DNA of 64,000 bases from a virus. Both the position numbers and the translations under genes were made by a program. Location: the IMG/VR virus record IMGVR_UViG_3300013794_000014, positions 1 to 64,000 of that record. The stretch is one strand, 5' to 3'. Below, piece after piece: positions 39,154 through 48,396 of this stretch (position 1 is the first letter of the stretch; every line of letters starts with the position of its first letter). The notes beneath the pieces are model-generated. The model did not search any database. It saw only the letters and a list, made by a program, of their open reading frames with translations, and was not told the origin of the DNA.

Positions 39154-39801
39154 ATGTCTAAATGGTATATTTATTTGCCACAGTACAAGGAAAAAATAGA
39201 ACCTGATCATATTACAATGGATTTTCGAGTTAATGCTGTTTCTTCTGCGAATATAACTTTCAGTGAACATTTGATATTGTCGACGTGGTCATGGTTAAAA
39301 GATCATTTTTCCATTGGAGATCCTATACAGGTAAAATATGGAAAACAAATAATATTCAACGGATATGTAAATCAAGTAAGTTGGTCAAAGACGCAAACTT
39401 CATACAGGTTACAGGTAAACGCCTTAGATCCGTTGGGTAAGTTAGTGAATATGCCATTTAGAGGTGGTTTCACTGGTAGACTCAAAGACTTATTGAATAA
39501 CGAAATTTGTAAACCCATTAATATAAATAACCGTATATTGTCAGATTTAATAGTAAATTTACGTTACGATCAAGAAGTCTCAAGATTTGCATTACTAACA
39601 GATGCTTGTACTTATGCACGTGTTTTCACTGACTTAACCAGATTCGGATTCTATTACAACCATCAGTTGAACGCATTATGTGAGTTAAACGACAAGTCTT
39701 TACGTAAAATAGTACAATCAACATCACATACAAACCGCCTTTCAATTAATTTGACAGAAAGTTATATTGTTGCAAATGTGATACAAGTTACGAATTATTA
39801 A
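39154..39801 (+). CDS. Baseplate hub / tail protein-like, N-terminal part
   Basis: SSANITF...GDPIQV..G..IFNGYV..V......LQVNALD.LGKL, a pattern typical of gp27/gp44-like hubs. Confidence 0.6.
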   Translation: MSKWYIYLPQYKEKIEPDHITMDFRVNAVSSANITFSEHLILSTWSWLKDHFSIGDPIQVKYGKQIIFNGYVNQVSWSKTQTSYRLQVNALDPLGKLVNMPFRGGFTGRLKDLLNNEICKPININNRILSDLIVNLRYDQEVSRFALLTDACTYARVFTDLTRFGFYYNHQLNALCELNDKSLRKIVQSTSHTNRLSINLTESYIVANVIQVTNY

Positions 39802-39843
39802 TTAACTAACTAACTAGAGTTTTATATATTGGGCGTGATCAGT

Positions 39844-42069
39844 ATGCCAACGTGGCGAGTTTTACCGAAAACTAAAGTGCCGGTACCAGGCTGTCAATTC
39901 GAAGAGTTTTTCCTGTATACAACGTTACCGGATAAGTTTCCAGCTTCAGTTGATGATAGTAGCACTTTATATGATTTAGAACATTATTGTACTAGTAGTA
40001 ATCGTTTTAGAGCAATAGAAGAACCGGTTTACAAACGCTTTATACAGTGGTCTGATAATGTATATGCAGGACCATTGACATATAATCCTGAAACAGGAGA
40101 ATGGAGTTCAGATGTATCAGAAAAACATCCAATTACCGTTTACTATATTATCCGAGAAAATCAAGAGACGGTAAACAAAATACTTCGTTTTGAAGGTGCT
40201 GCTGCAGTTAGTTCTAAAATAGACAAGTACCTGATGTTTGTTTTTGTAAACACTGAAGATCTAAGAAACTATTTAAATGAGATAATACAGGCATATAACA
40301 ATTTACAAAATGCACGTAACAATGTCGTTCGTAATATTGTCGTCATATTGAAAGGAGTAGGGAAGTGGTTAGCTGAATTATTGGATTTAAGTGAAGAAGA
40401 TGGCATACCACCCAAAATACTATATGCATCTGCAAAATATACACCAACATATTTGAAAAATTACGTTTCTGAAAATTGGGATTTAATACCAGATATATGG
40501 AAAGATGATTTAGCATTTGCCAAGTCGTTACCTGACATTGGATCTGAGTACACGTTTGTTGTGGCACAATATTGTAAAATTGAAATAACCTTACGTGAAT
40601 TTACTGAGGATGATATTGACGACTATATAGATGAATCACAATATCCTGAGGTTACAAGAGTCTATATAGATGGATCAGAAGACAGTTACATTGAATACCG
40701 TCGATATGTTGCTGGTAAAGTAGTTGAATTTGGCAATATCAAATGTAACAGTTATGTGGAAGCAGAAATTGTACAACAGAAAGTGCGTGATACAGTAATA
40801 CAACTACGGGCAAAAGCAATAATAAAGTCACGATTTCGCTTCAGTTTGAACAGTGAAGTTGTATGTGACTTAGACGTATACACTACACCTGCGTTTGAAG
40901 TTACCGTTGAATTCCCTTACTGTAGTGCATTCTACTATGTGTGGTATGCTGCAGATGAAGATGCATCACAGTTACCAAGTGGGCCTGAATTTGATCTAGA
41001 TTTACCAGATGCTGACTTAGATTTCTCGATACCAGTATATACATGTTCTATTGAAGGAAAAACGTCTTATTCATGGCGATGTGATGAAAAAGCTGAATTT
41101 GAAGTCGTTGTCAAATATGGTGACGTCAAACTGAGTCCTAGTAGATATACAATTAAAAATGTGGAACTTCTAAATGAAAATGAAAATGAAAGTGAAAATA
41201 TCAGTTATACAATCAACCAATCGAAGTCTAAAATTATATTCGATATACCACATAAAGATACATCTGTTTCATTTAAAGTTAAAATAGTGATAAACAGTAG
41301 TGATAACAACGACATAGAACTTGAAGGATATGGTTATTTTTATGTTTCAGAGTGGTTAGATAGAATTTTGACATGTGAAGTGATTACTGATAAACAATAC
41401 TATGATTATGGATCTACAAATCCAGCTTCAGTACTAGTACGTGTACGAACAGTCAAAGGTCAACCAGTAACTGGACTTAAGATTTCTGATAACTGGAATT
41501 CTACATATATTGATAAAGGTGATGGACTTTACGAAGGTAACATAAATATATCGTCGTTGCCAGTAGGAACATACTCGGTTTATGTAAAAATAGATACAAA
41601 TAATCAATGTTACAAAAATAACCTTTCCGATGAAGAATATACTGAGATATTCTACTATAACCCAGTTACCTATGAAAATCAAGAATTTAAGTTAACTTAC
41701 CCACTAATAGAAAATTTAGAAGTTTACGTCAATGATAAAAAGACGTCCAAATATACTTTTTCCATTAACCAATATGGTGAGGGTATTCTCAAGATTACTC
41801 AGTCGCTTAACGAAAATGACGTTGTAAAGGTAAAGTACAAGGCGTATGCAACCTCTGTAAGTTTCAACATAGGGCGTTCAGAGCCTGTATCATGTACCCG
41901 TGTAGATGAAAAATCTATTACAAAATTTGGTAAAACTCAAATATTGAGAATTCGTATTCCATTTATAAGTAGTCCAGAAGAAGCATGTGAAATAGCTCAA
42001 ACATATTTAGAGTACTTTGCAAAACCATCAAAAATCATAATGACGAGTAACAAATGGGATGGTGATTAG
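39844..42069 (+). CDS. Large tail/baseplate protein with Ig-like domains and a hub-like C-terminus
   Basis: DKQYY..G....VLV...GQPVTG, VGTYSVYV; C-terminal DEKSITKFG...FISSPEEACEIAQTYL. Confidence 0.6.
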   Translation: MPTWRVLPKTKVPVPGCQFEEFFLYTTLPDKFPASVDDSSTLYDLEHYCTSSNRFRAIEEPVYKRFIQWSDNVYAGPLTYNPETGEWSSDVSEKHPITVYYIIRENQETVNKILRFEGAAAVSSKIDKYLMFVFVNTEDLRNYLNEIIQAYNNLQNARNNVVRNIVVILKGVGKWLAELLDLSEEDGIPPKILYASAKYTPTYLKNYVSENWDLIPDIWKDDLAFAKSLPDIGSEYTFVVAQYCKIEITLREFTEDDIDDYIDESQYPEVTRVYIDGSEDSYIEYRRYVAGKVVEFGNIKCNSYVEAEIVQQKVRDTVIQLRAKAIIKSRFRFSLNSEVVCDLDVYTTPAFEVTVEFPYCSAFYYVWYAADEDASQLPSGPEFDLDLPDADLDFSIPVYTCSIEGKTSYSWRCDEKAEFEVVVKYGDVKLSPSRYTIKNVELLNENENESENISYTINQSKSKIIFDIPHKDTSVSFKVKIVINSSDNNDIELEGYGYFYVSEWLDRILTCEVITDKQYYDYGSTNPASVLVRVRTVKGQPVTGLKISDNWNSTYIDKGDGLYEGNINISSLPVGTYSVYVKIDTNNQCYKNNLSDEEYTEIFYYNPVTYENQEFKLTYPLIENLEVYVNDKKTSKYTFSINQYGEGILKITQSLNENDVVKVKYKAYATSVSFNIGRSEPVSCTRVDEKSITKFGKTQILRIRIPFISSPEEACEIAQTYLEYFAKPSKIIMTSNKWDGD

Positions 42070-42071
42070 AC

Positions 42072-42410
42072 ATGTTAGGTTTCTTTGTCACTGTCAATAG
42101 TCCAGTGAATCCGATTTTAGTTGCAACAATGCAATGTCGAAATATGCGTATCGAGGTTCAAAACCAGAAAGCTACAGTATTATATGAGCTGTATGATCCG
42201 AACCAACCTGTAGATCAATCTAATATCAGTATTATTTGGCCAACTAAACCAACTTATGAGTTTCAATATGGTAAACTAGATGATGAAATACAGAAATGGT
42301 TAGAGGACTTACGAAAACATCAATTATCTTCAACTACTATTAAAACACAAGTACGTGGTAAGATCAACTATATAACTGGTATACCCGTAGGTTTACCTGA
42401 TAACTGGTAA
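42072..42410 (+). CDS. Hypothetical tail-region protein
   Basis: SD GGTGA; directly follows the tail gene. Confidence 0.6.
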   Translation: MLGFFVTVNSPVNPILVATMQCRNMRIEVQNQKATVLYELYDPNQPVDQSNISIIWPTKPTYEFQYGKLDDEIQKWLEDLRKHQLSSTTIKTQVRGKINYITGIPVGLPDNW

Positions 42411-42473
42411 CTGGTAGCTGGTAACTGGTAATTAGTAATTAGTAATTAGCAGTTGACAAATGGGGTGATAAAC

Positions 42474-43277
42474 ATGTTAGTATATACACCAATTCCACCA
42501 ATAAACTACATTGAAAAAGTAACAGAAAGAACAAAATCAATTTTTATGTTAGCACAATTATGGTCTATTGAAGAATATCGTAATGCAATTACTAATTCTA
42601 ATTTGAAACTAATTGTACTTGATAATGGTGCTTATGAAGGTGAACTAGTATCAGATAAACGTTTAATTGAAGTTATTGGACAAGTATCTGAGTTACACCC
42701 AAAAGCAAAGATTTATGCCATAATACCAGATGAAATGCAGAATCCAGAAATGACGTTAAAGAGAACTGAAAAGTTTTTACAGTACATAGAAAGTAACGAT
42801 ATAAAGTTACCAAAAAATGTTTCATTATTAGGTGTCATTCAGGTAGATCCAAATGTCAATGAAAAAACTGCAATAATACAAACGTTAGACTTTTCTGGTA
42901 AATTAATTGACTTAACACATGGTTATGGTGTTCATTTAGGCGGTTTTACAATACCAGTATGGTTCTACAGAAAATGGGGTTATCGTGATGTATTCGGTTT
43001 AACTTTACGTTTAGTTTACAATGATCATATGTATATTCACGCCTTGGGTTTAGACGACTTCAATGAACTTAGATACATACAATATGGTTTTGATTCGTTT
43101 GATACGTCTATGCCATTTACGTTAGCATACTACGGTTTACCAATTAAGGAAGTGCCGTTACTTGACAAAAGTACTAAACAACAGTTAGGCATTGATAGAG
43201 TGCCGCTAAAGCATCCAGTTCTCGAAAACTCTTTATACATGAAGAATCTAGAAGAAATATTGAAATTATGTAAGTAA
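42474..43277 (+). CDS. dpdA: DpdA/TGT-fold transglycosylase, candidate for inserting 7-deazaguanine into DNA
   Basis: LDNGAYE, IIPD, GVIQ, HALG and SFDTS are TGT-family-like motifs; no Zn site or PUA domain; directly upstream of mptA and in the gat-queC operon. Confidence 0.7.
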   Translation: MLVYTPIPPINYIEKVTERTKSIFMLAQLWSIEEYRNAITNSNLKLIVLDNGAYEGELVSDKRLIEVIGQVSELHPKAKIYAIIPDEMQNPEMTLKRTEKFLQYIESNDIKLPKNVSLLGVIQVDPNVNEKTAIIQTLDFSGKLIDLTHGYGVHLGGFTIPVWFYRKWGYRDVFGLTLRLVYNDHMYIHALGLDDFNELRYIQYGFDSFDTSMPFTLAYYGLPIKEVPLLDKSTKQQLGIDRVPLKHPVLENSLYMKNLEEILKLCK

Positions 43278-43302
43278 AGTAACATATATATGTGGTGATC
43301 AA

Positions 43303-44184
43303 ATGAAAGATGTACAAAATAGTCAACCAGAAATACAAATACAGTATGATATACCGCTAGTAGGTATTGAAGACTTGAAGACATATGTACCAATTCATTG
43401 GAAAGATAACAGTTACCATCTACTTTGTACATTTTCAGTATTTGTCAATTTACCCGCTAATCAAAAAGGAATACATATGTCAAGAATACCTGAATCAATC
43501 TATGATGTAGTAAGGAAAATCGTTGGTAAAGAACATACATCATTAGAAGACTTACTAGTACATATTAAGGACAAACTACTTGAAAAACACGATTATGCTA
43601 ATACAGTTCTAATTAGGGTTTCAACGTATTTACCAATTACAGTGAAGACACCAAGAACAAAAAAAGATTCACAAGAAATCATACCAATTGAGATGGTTCT
43701 AGAACATAAAGACAATGAAACCCTTAAAACCCTAATTGTATATGTACTAGGACAAACTGTATGTCCATGTGCTCAAGAACTAACCAAAGAAGAACTTGAT
43801 GTTGAGTTATCTCCAAGTCATAATCAAAGGGGACAAATGACTATTGAATTCAAATGTCCAATTGATTATAACATTACCTTTGAAGAACTCTATGATGTAG
43901 CATGTAAGTCAATGTCGGCGCCAACATATTCACTGTTGAAAAGGCCGGATGAACAATTTGTCGTATTACAATCACATAGTAGGCCAAGGTTCGTCGAAGA
44001 TTGTGTTAGATATGCTAAACACTATATTGAACAATTAATTAGTGAAAAAGGTAACAAAAACAAAGACAAAAACAATAAAAACGTTTCTTACAGAATTAAA
44101 CAAGTCAATTATGAGTCAATACATAAACATAATGCAGTTGCAATTATTGGTGATTTAAGGTTTGGTAATCTAGGACTTCGGTGA
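43303..44184 (+). CDS. mptA: GTP cyclohydrolase, MptA/FolE2 family
   Basis: DVQ, VGI, KGIHMSR, TVCPCA, HNQRG, LLKRPDE, PRFVEDCVR, ESIHKHNA. Confidence 0.93.
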   Translation: MKDVQNSQPEIQIQYDIPLVGIEDLKTYVPIHWKDNSYHLLCTFSVFVNLPANQKGIHMSRIPESIYDVVRKIVGKEHTSLEDLLVHIKDKLLEKHDYANTVLIRVSTYLPITVKTPRTKKDSQEIIPIEMVLEHKDNETLKTLIVYVLGQTVCPCAQELTKEELDVELSPSHNQRGQMTIEFKCPIDYNITFEELYDVACKSMSAPTYSLLKRPDEQFVVLQSHSRPRFVEDCVRYAKHYIEQLISEKGNKNKDKNNKNVSYRIKQVNYESIHKHNAVAIIGDLRFGNLGLR

Positions 44185-44226
44185 TCTAGGATTTTCGGTG
44201 ATCCAAGATTTTCGGTGATCCAAATG
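44161..44226 (+). repeat. 16-17-bp tandem repeat, about 4 units, spanning the mptA stop and the next SD/start
   Basis: TTTGGTAATCTAGGAC / TTCGGTGATCTAGGATT / TTCGGTGATCCAAGATT / TTCGGTGATCCAAATG. Confidence 0.9.
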
Positions 44227-45141
44227 ACTTCCATTTCTGATTTAAACATTCTTTTTTGTTATAACCAAGAAAAATTAGGTGCAATAAAGCGTGCTCACTG
44301 TTTACAAGAACAATCTCCAAAAGAAGTTGAATTACATTCTGTTCCGGTACAAAAAGTACAAGATATAGACGATGACTTTACACATGTTATTCTTGATAAA
44401 ACTGTTGCTAACACGCCTATCGAGCAAAATTATGAACAGAAACTAGTATTAGCAAATTGCCATAGAGAGCAGTATCAAAACTTAAATGTCAATGAAATGT
44501 TAGTTTATGATTTCAAAATGCCTTATACAGTATGTCGCTACAATTTACAGTATCCATATGAACGACAATACACTTACATTGGACCGTTGGTCAAAAGAGT
44601 ACAAACTAAACCAATTGAAGATAGGGCTGAACGTTTATTTGTCACAAATGGACAACATTACATGTTTGAATTAGCAAAATTTATTGTAGAACATGTAAAC
44701 GACGTCAAATGGATTATAGCGACAAAAACGGAAAAGGAATACGAAATACTAAAAGATACAAATAACTATGGACATGAAGTAGTCTATACAAAAGAGTTAG
44801 AACCTCTACTTGAACGTGCCAAATACGTTGTACATTATGGTTCACATCAGTTGGCGTTAGAATGCATTAGTACAGATCAAGTGCAATTAATTATACCGCC
44901 ACCACATTCAAGGTACTATTATCAACATGCATTCCGTATTAGGGAATTTTTAATTGGTTCATTTGTTTTTGATTTGTTTCATAGGGTACCAATTGAACGT
45001 AAATACCGCATAATAAGAAGAATTCGTTGTAATTATAAGTCATATAGAAGCAATTTACAGAACTATCGTGAAAAGGTAGAAAATAGTAAGGTGGTTACAT
45101 GTACACTGCCCACACTCTTTATACAGAACTCAAAGACTTAA
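44224..45141 (+). CDS. Divergent GT-B glycosyltransferase-like protein (GT28/MurG C-terminal-like)
   Basis: YIGPLV, LFVTNG, LLERAKYVVHYGSHQLALECI...LIIP...YQ resembles the ll..adlvithgG..t..Ea....P.i.iP...eQ consensus. Confidence 0.55.
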   Translation: MTSISDLNILFCYNQEKLGAIKRAHCLQEQSPKEVELHSVPVQKVQDIDDDFTHVILDKTVANTPIEQNYEQKLVLANCHREQYQNLNVNEMLVYDFKMPYTVCRYNLQYPYERQYTYIGPLVKRVQTKPIEDRAERLFVTNGQHYMFELAKFIVEHVNDVKWIIATKTEKEYEILKDTNNYGHEVVYTKELEPLLERAKYVVHYGSHQLALECISTDQVQLIIPPPHSRYYYQHAFRIREFLIGSFVFDLFHRVPIERKYRIIRRIRCNYKSYRSNLQNYREKVENSKVVTCTLPTLFIQNSKT

Positions 45142-45758
45142 AAAACGTTGTCTTAATAGTTTTTGACAATAATGTTGCTCATTTTTACGTTGGTATTAAA
45201 AGTGGATCTAAACTAATGAATGACAAAAACGTTAAAGGTAGAATTTACCTCAGTAATAGTTTAAATGCAACTTTTTGTATCACAGAATTCGATGATTTCT
45301 TAAAATACTTGAAGAACGTTAACGAACCTATCTTTTTTGACAAAGAAAATTTGGTTGTAACTACTCCTAATCGTGAGTTTGAATTTGTTGTCGATGAATT
45401 ACCACCGAAAGAACATTGGCCTACCTTTCCATATATCCAGAAACCAGAGACAATGTATAAAAACCTAAATTTGAAAATTGAGGTTCCTTATGACATAATG
45501 CGGTTTGAAGAAGAAGGAACATTTGTAGTATCATTAATGGGCCATAAAAAACGTATTAATAAAAACAAACATAAATTGTACACAGAAGTGAAGCGTGAAA
45601 CATTAGATAGATTACCACGATTTACATACGATTACTCATTGACGTTAGATTACCTTTATTTGCAATACAAAGAACCGTTAACTGGAAAAGCAAAAATAGA
45701 ATTCTATTTGACAAATGACTTAATGGTAACAGATGACGACATATTCGAGGTGATCTAA
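45099..45758 (+). CDS. Possible divergent sliding clamp (PCNA/gp45-like)
   Basis: About 220 aa; two alpha/beta halves with a Pro-rich linker; C-terminal LYLQY...G...IEFYL resembles PCNA. Confidence 0.35.
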   Translation: MYTAHTLYTELKDLKNVVLIVFDNNVAHFYVGIKSGSKLMNDKNVKGRIYLSNSLNATFCITEFDDFLKYLKNVNEPIFFDKENLVVTTPNREFEFVVDELPPKEHWPTFPYIQKPETMYKNLNLKIEVPYDIMRFEEEGTFVVSLMGHKKRINKNKHKLYTEVKRETLDRLPRFTYDYSLTLDYLYLQYKEPLTGKAKIEFYLTNDLMVTDDDIFEVI

Positions 45759-46340
45759 ATGGAGTTAATAATAGACTTAAAACGGAAGACATATACTGGT
45801 GACGTCATTGAACCATTATGGGCTTATCAGCAATATGGTATTCAAAGTGACAGTATAGTGGTATTCAGAGGTCCTATGCAAGTAGAATTATCCGACATGA
45901 AAGATTTAGCCGACATTAAAGAAGCAAAACCAATTTATGCTAATGACGCCATTAATTTTATCATAGAGCATTTTGATTATCCAGATATCAGAATTACTTA
46001 TTTGAGACAAAGGTTACTTGTAATGATAGCAAAAGAAGTTCTAGAAGAGTATTCGGGCAAAAGGTTAACAAGAAATGGTGATGACTTATATTACAATAAC
46101 GGTAAACTTTCTGTATCTATTGCGACTAGTAGCATAACATCAGGAAAAATTCACTTGGGTATAAATATCACTAATGAAGGTACGCCTAAGGGTGTAAAAA
46201 CCGCCGCATTAAGTGATTTAGGACTAGTTAACGATGATCAAATTGAAATGATCATGGAAATGATTGGTAAACGGTATAAAACTGAAGTTGAAAAAATTGA
46301 GCAAGACATTAGGAAAACATTGCCGTTACTATCGAGGTGA
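45759..46340 (+). CDS. DUF366 family protein (BPL/LplA-like fold)
   Basis: PLWAY, DSIVVFRGP, DMKDLAD, FIIEHFD, LRQRLL, RNGDDLY, KLSVSIAT, IHLGINI. Confidence 0.85.
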   Translation: MELIIDLKRKTYTGDVIEPLWAYQQYGIQSDSIVVFRGPMQVELSDMKDLADIKEAKPIYANDAINFIIEHFDYPDIRITYLRQRLLVMIAKEVLEEYSGKRLTRNGDDLYYNNGKLSVSIATSSITSGKIHLGINITNEGTPKGVKTAALSDLGLVNDDQIEMIMEMIGKRYKTEVEKIEQDIRKTLPLLSR

Positions 46341-46344
46341 AATA

Positions 46345-47730
46345 ATGTGTGGAATAGGTTTCTATGGTCCAATATTAAACTCAGAAAGAGATAAACTACT
46401 TATTATGGAGTTATTGAAGACGTTGACAAAAAGAGGAAAAGATGGTTATGGTTTCATAGTAATCAGTGAAGATGGTAAGTATATGTTGTATCGCCATCAT
46501 AGTTTAGATCAAGTACTTATGCAATTACATTACACTGAGTTAAGAAAAGGAGATATTGTATTGGTACATAGTAGGGCAAGACCAATAAGTGAACTAATTC
46601 ATGAGGAAGAAAAAGAAAAGGACATTGAACTTTTACAACCTATTGTAAAACATAAAATTGCAGTTGTCTTTAACGGCATAATCGAAAATGATGAAGAGTT
46701 TAGGGAAAATGAAGAAAAATGGGTTGATACGTTTGCCATTTGTAAATACCATTCATTGCCCACATATAAGGACAAAGTTTTAAAAGGCAGTTATTCGTAC
46801 ATTTACGTTGATTTAGATGAACCACAAAAGATACACGCAATTAAAGGAAACCAACCATTATATGCTTACGAAAACGTGTATACTGGACAAATGATACTGT
46901 CGTCTGAACCGATAAAATTTGAAAACTTTTACAGTGTAAAGTTTCCAGTTGCTACAGAAATGGCTTTGACATTTAAAGTACAACAGTACATATTCGGACT
47001 ATTGACGACGTATAAATGTGAATATGAAATGACACCAATAAAAATCCATAATTCAGTGAATACACCAGATCCTGATAAATCAAAAGCGGTTGTCTTATGT
47101 TCTGGTGGACTTGATTCTTGTGTAGTCGCCTACGAAATGGCCAAACAATGTAATCACATCATTTTATTGAATTTTGACTATGGACAACCTGCCAGAAAAC
47201 AAGAATGGAATGCTACATTGAAACTATACGAATACCTACAGAAACAGTTTCCAGAGAAAACGTTCGAAGTTGTTCAATTGAAATTAGACGTGTTAAGTAC
47301 ATTGGCATCAAAGTCAACTGTTTTCAATGAACCTCCTGAAGGTACAAACGCCTTAGAAACCCTTTCAAGATGGATACCCGCAAGAAACTTAGTGTTCCTT
47401 TCATTGGCAGTTAGTTATGCAGAATATTGTGGTGCTGGAAAAATCGCCTATGGTGGAAACCTCGAAGAAGCATGTGTCTTTCCAGATAATACAACAGAAG
47501 CAATTGAAAAGTTCAATGAAGCAGTACAATGGTTTATTGCAAAACCAAAGATACAAATTATATGTCCAACCGCTTATGATATGAAAGTGGATATTGTCAG
47601 AAAAGCAATCGAGTATGGCGTCTATGATATTTCTTGGAGTTGTGATAGAGATGGTGAAACAGAATGTGGGCAATGTGAAGGATGTCTACTGAAACGTAAA
47701 GCACATAGACTTGTCACGTATCACATGTAA
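46345..47730 (+). CDS. queC: Gat-QueC fusion (glutamine amidotransferase plus preQ0 synthase; archaeosine-forming type)
   Basis: N-terminal MCGI nucleophile, RGKDG, HSR, NGII; SGGLDS, DYGQ, PARN, FPD, SWSC...CGQCEGC. Confidence 0.93.
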   Translation: MCGIGFYGPILNSERDKLLIMELLKTLTKRGKDGYGFIVISEDGKYMLYRHHSLDQVLMQLHYTELRKGDIVLVHSRARPISELIHEEEKEKDIELLQPIVKHKIAVVFNGIIENDEEFRENEEKWVDTFAICKYHSLPTYKDKVLKGSYSYIYVDLDEPQKIHAIKGNQPLYAYENVYTGQMILSSEPIKFENFYSVKFPVATEMALTFKVQQYIFGLLTTYKCEYEMTPIKIHNSVNTPDPDKSKAVVLCSGGLDSCVVAYEMAKQCNHIILLNFDYGQPARKQEWNATLKLYEYLQKQFPEKTFEVVQLKLDVLSTLASKSTVFNEPPEGTNALETLSRWIPARNLVFLSLAVSYAEYCGAGKIAYGGNLEEACVFPDNTTEAIEKFNEAVQWFIAKPKIQIICPTAYDMKVDIVRKAIEYGVYDISWSCDRDGETECGQCEGCLLKRKAHRLVTYHM

Positions 47731-48092
47731 TCTTTGTAAACTTTAACTTCAGTTGGTTCAGTTACCTCTATTTCAACTTTTACATAAGGTGCTAAAGTCA
47801 ATACGATGTCGGATTTTTGAACTCTTGTACTATAATGATTGTCAAAAGTAATAACTGTGGTTGGTTCAGTATCATCTGCACTTCCGTCATTGGTTAAGGC
47901 CTGATAGCATTTGACGTAAACTTTCGTATTCGGGTTTCCTTTAGGTAATTGCACGACTAAATATATTGCTTCTGATATAGCGTTAATATAGAATGTTTTT
48001 GTATGTTCAACAATATCATGAAAGACAACTTCTGGTTTTTTACGTGTAGTTGAATATATCCAATGTCCTTTGAAACTCCTAATGAAAGGCAT
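47721..48092 (-). CDS. Hypothetical beta-rich protein
   Basis: SD AGGTGA on the minus strand; convergent overlap with queC. Confidence 0.65.
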   Translation of the reverse strand: MPFIRSFKGHWIYSTTRKKPEVVFHDIVEHTKTFYINAISEAIYLVVQLPKGNPNTKVYVKCYQALTNDGSADDTEPTTVITFDNHYSTRVQKSDIVLTLAPYVKVEIEVTEPTEVKVYKDYM

Positions 48093-48183
48093 TGTATCAC
48101 CTATCCTGTCACTTATAATGACATATACGTTAAATCAATTAAATTAAATTTAGAATTGAAGAAGGTAATATAAAGGTGTCAAT

Positions 48184-48396
48184 ATGTATAGGGTGCTGAT
48201 TGTTGGTTCAGAACCAATCAGAGTCAGAATTGATACAGAAGAACAATATTTTGAAATACAGTATAGCGATGTATTTGGTCCTATTAGATTTACATATGAT
48301 GATCCCTATGACATTATAAAAGTAATTGAACAATATACTTCTTTGAGTCAAGAAGATATACAAAGAATACTTGGTGTCTGTTACTATGGATGGTAA
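48184..48396 (+). CDS. Small acidic protein overlapping the hslU start
   Basis: SD AGGTG; 11-nt overlap with ATG 48386. Confidence 0.65.
   Translation: MYRVLIVGSEPIRVRIDTEEQYFEIQYSDVFGPIRFTYDDPYDIIKVIEQYTSLSQEDIQRILGVCYYGW

Noticed and set aside
42474-43277. tRNA-specific archaeosine TGT
   Set aside because: Too short and lacks the Zn-binding and PUA regions, so a DNA-targeting DpdA-like role is preferred, though not proven.
46264-46344. ORF-track start of Gat-QueC
   Set aside because: Ntn amidotransferases need Cys at position 2; SD GAGGTGA plus ATG 46345 gives MCGI.
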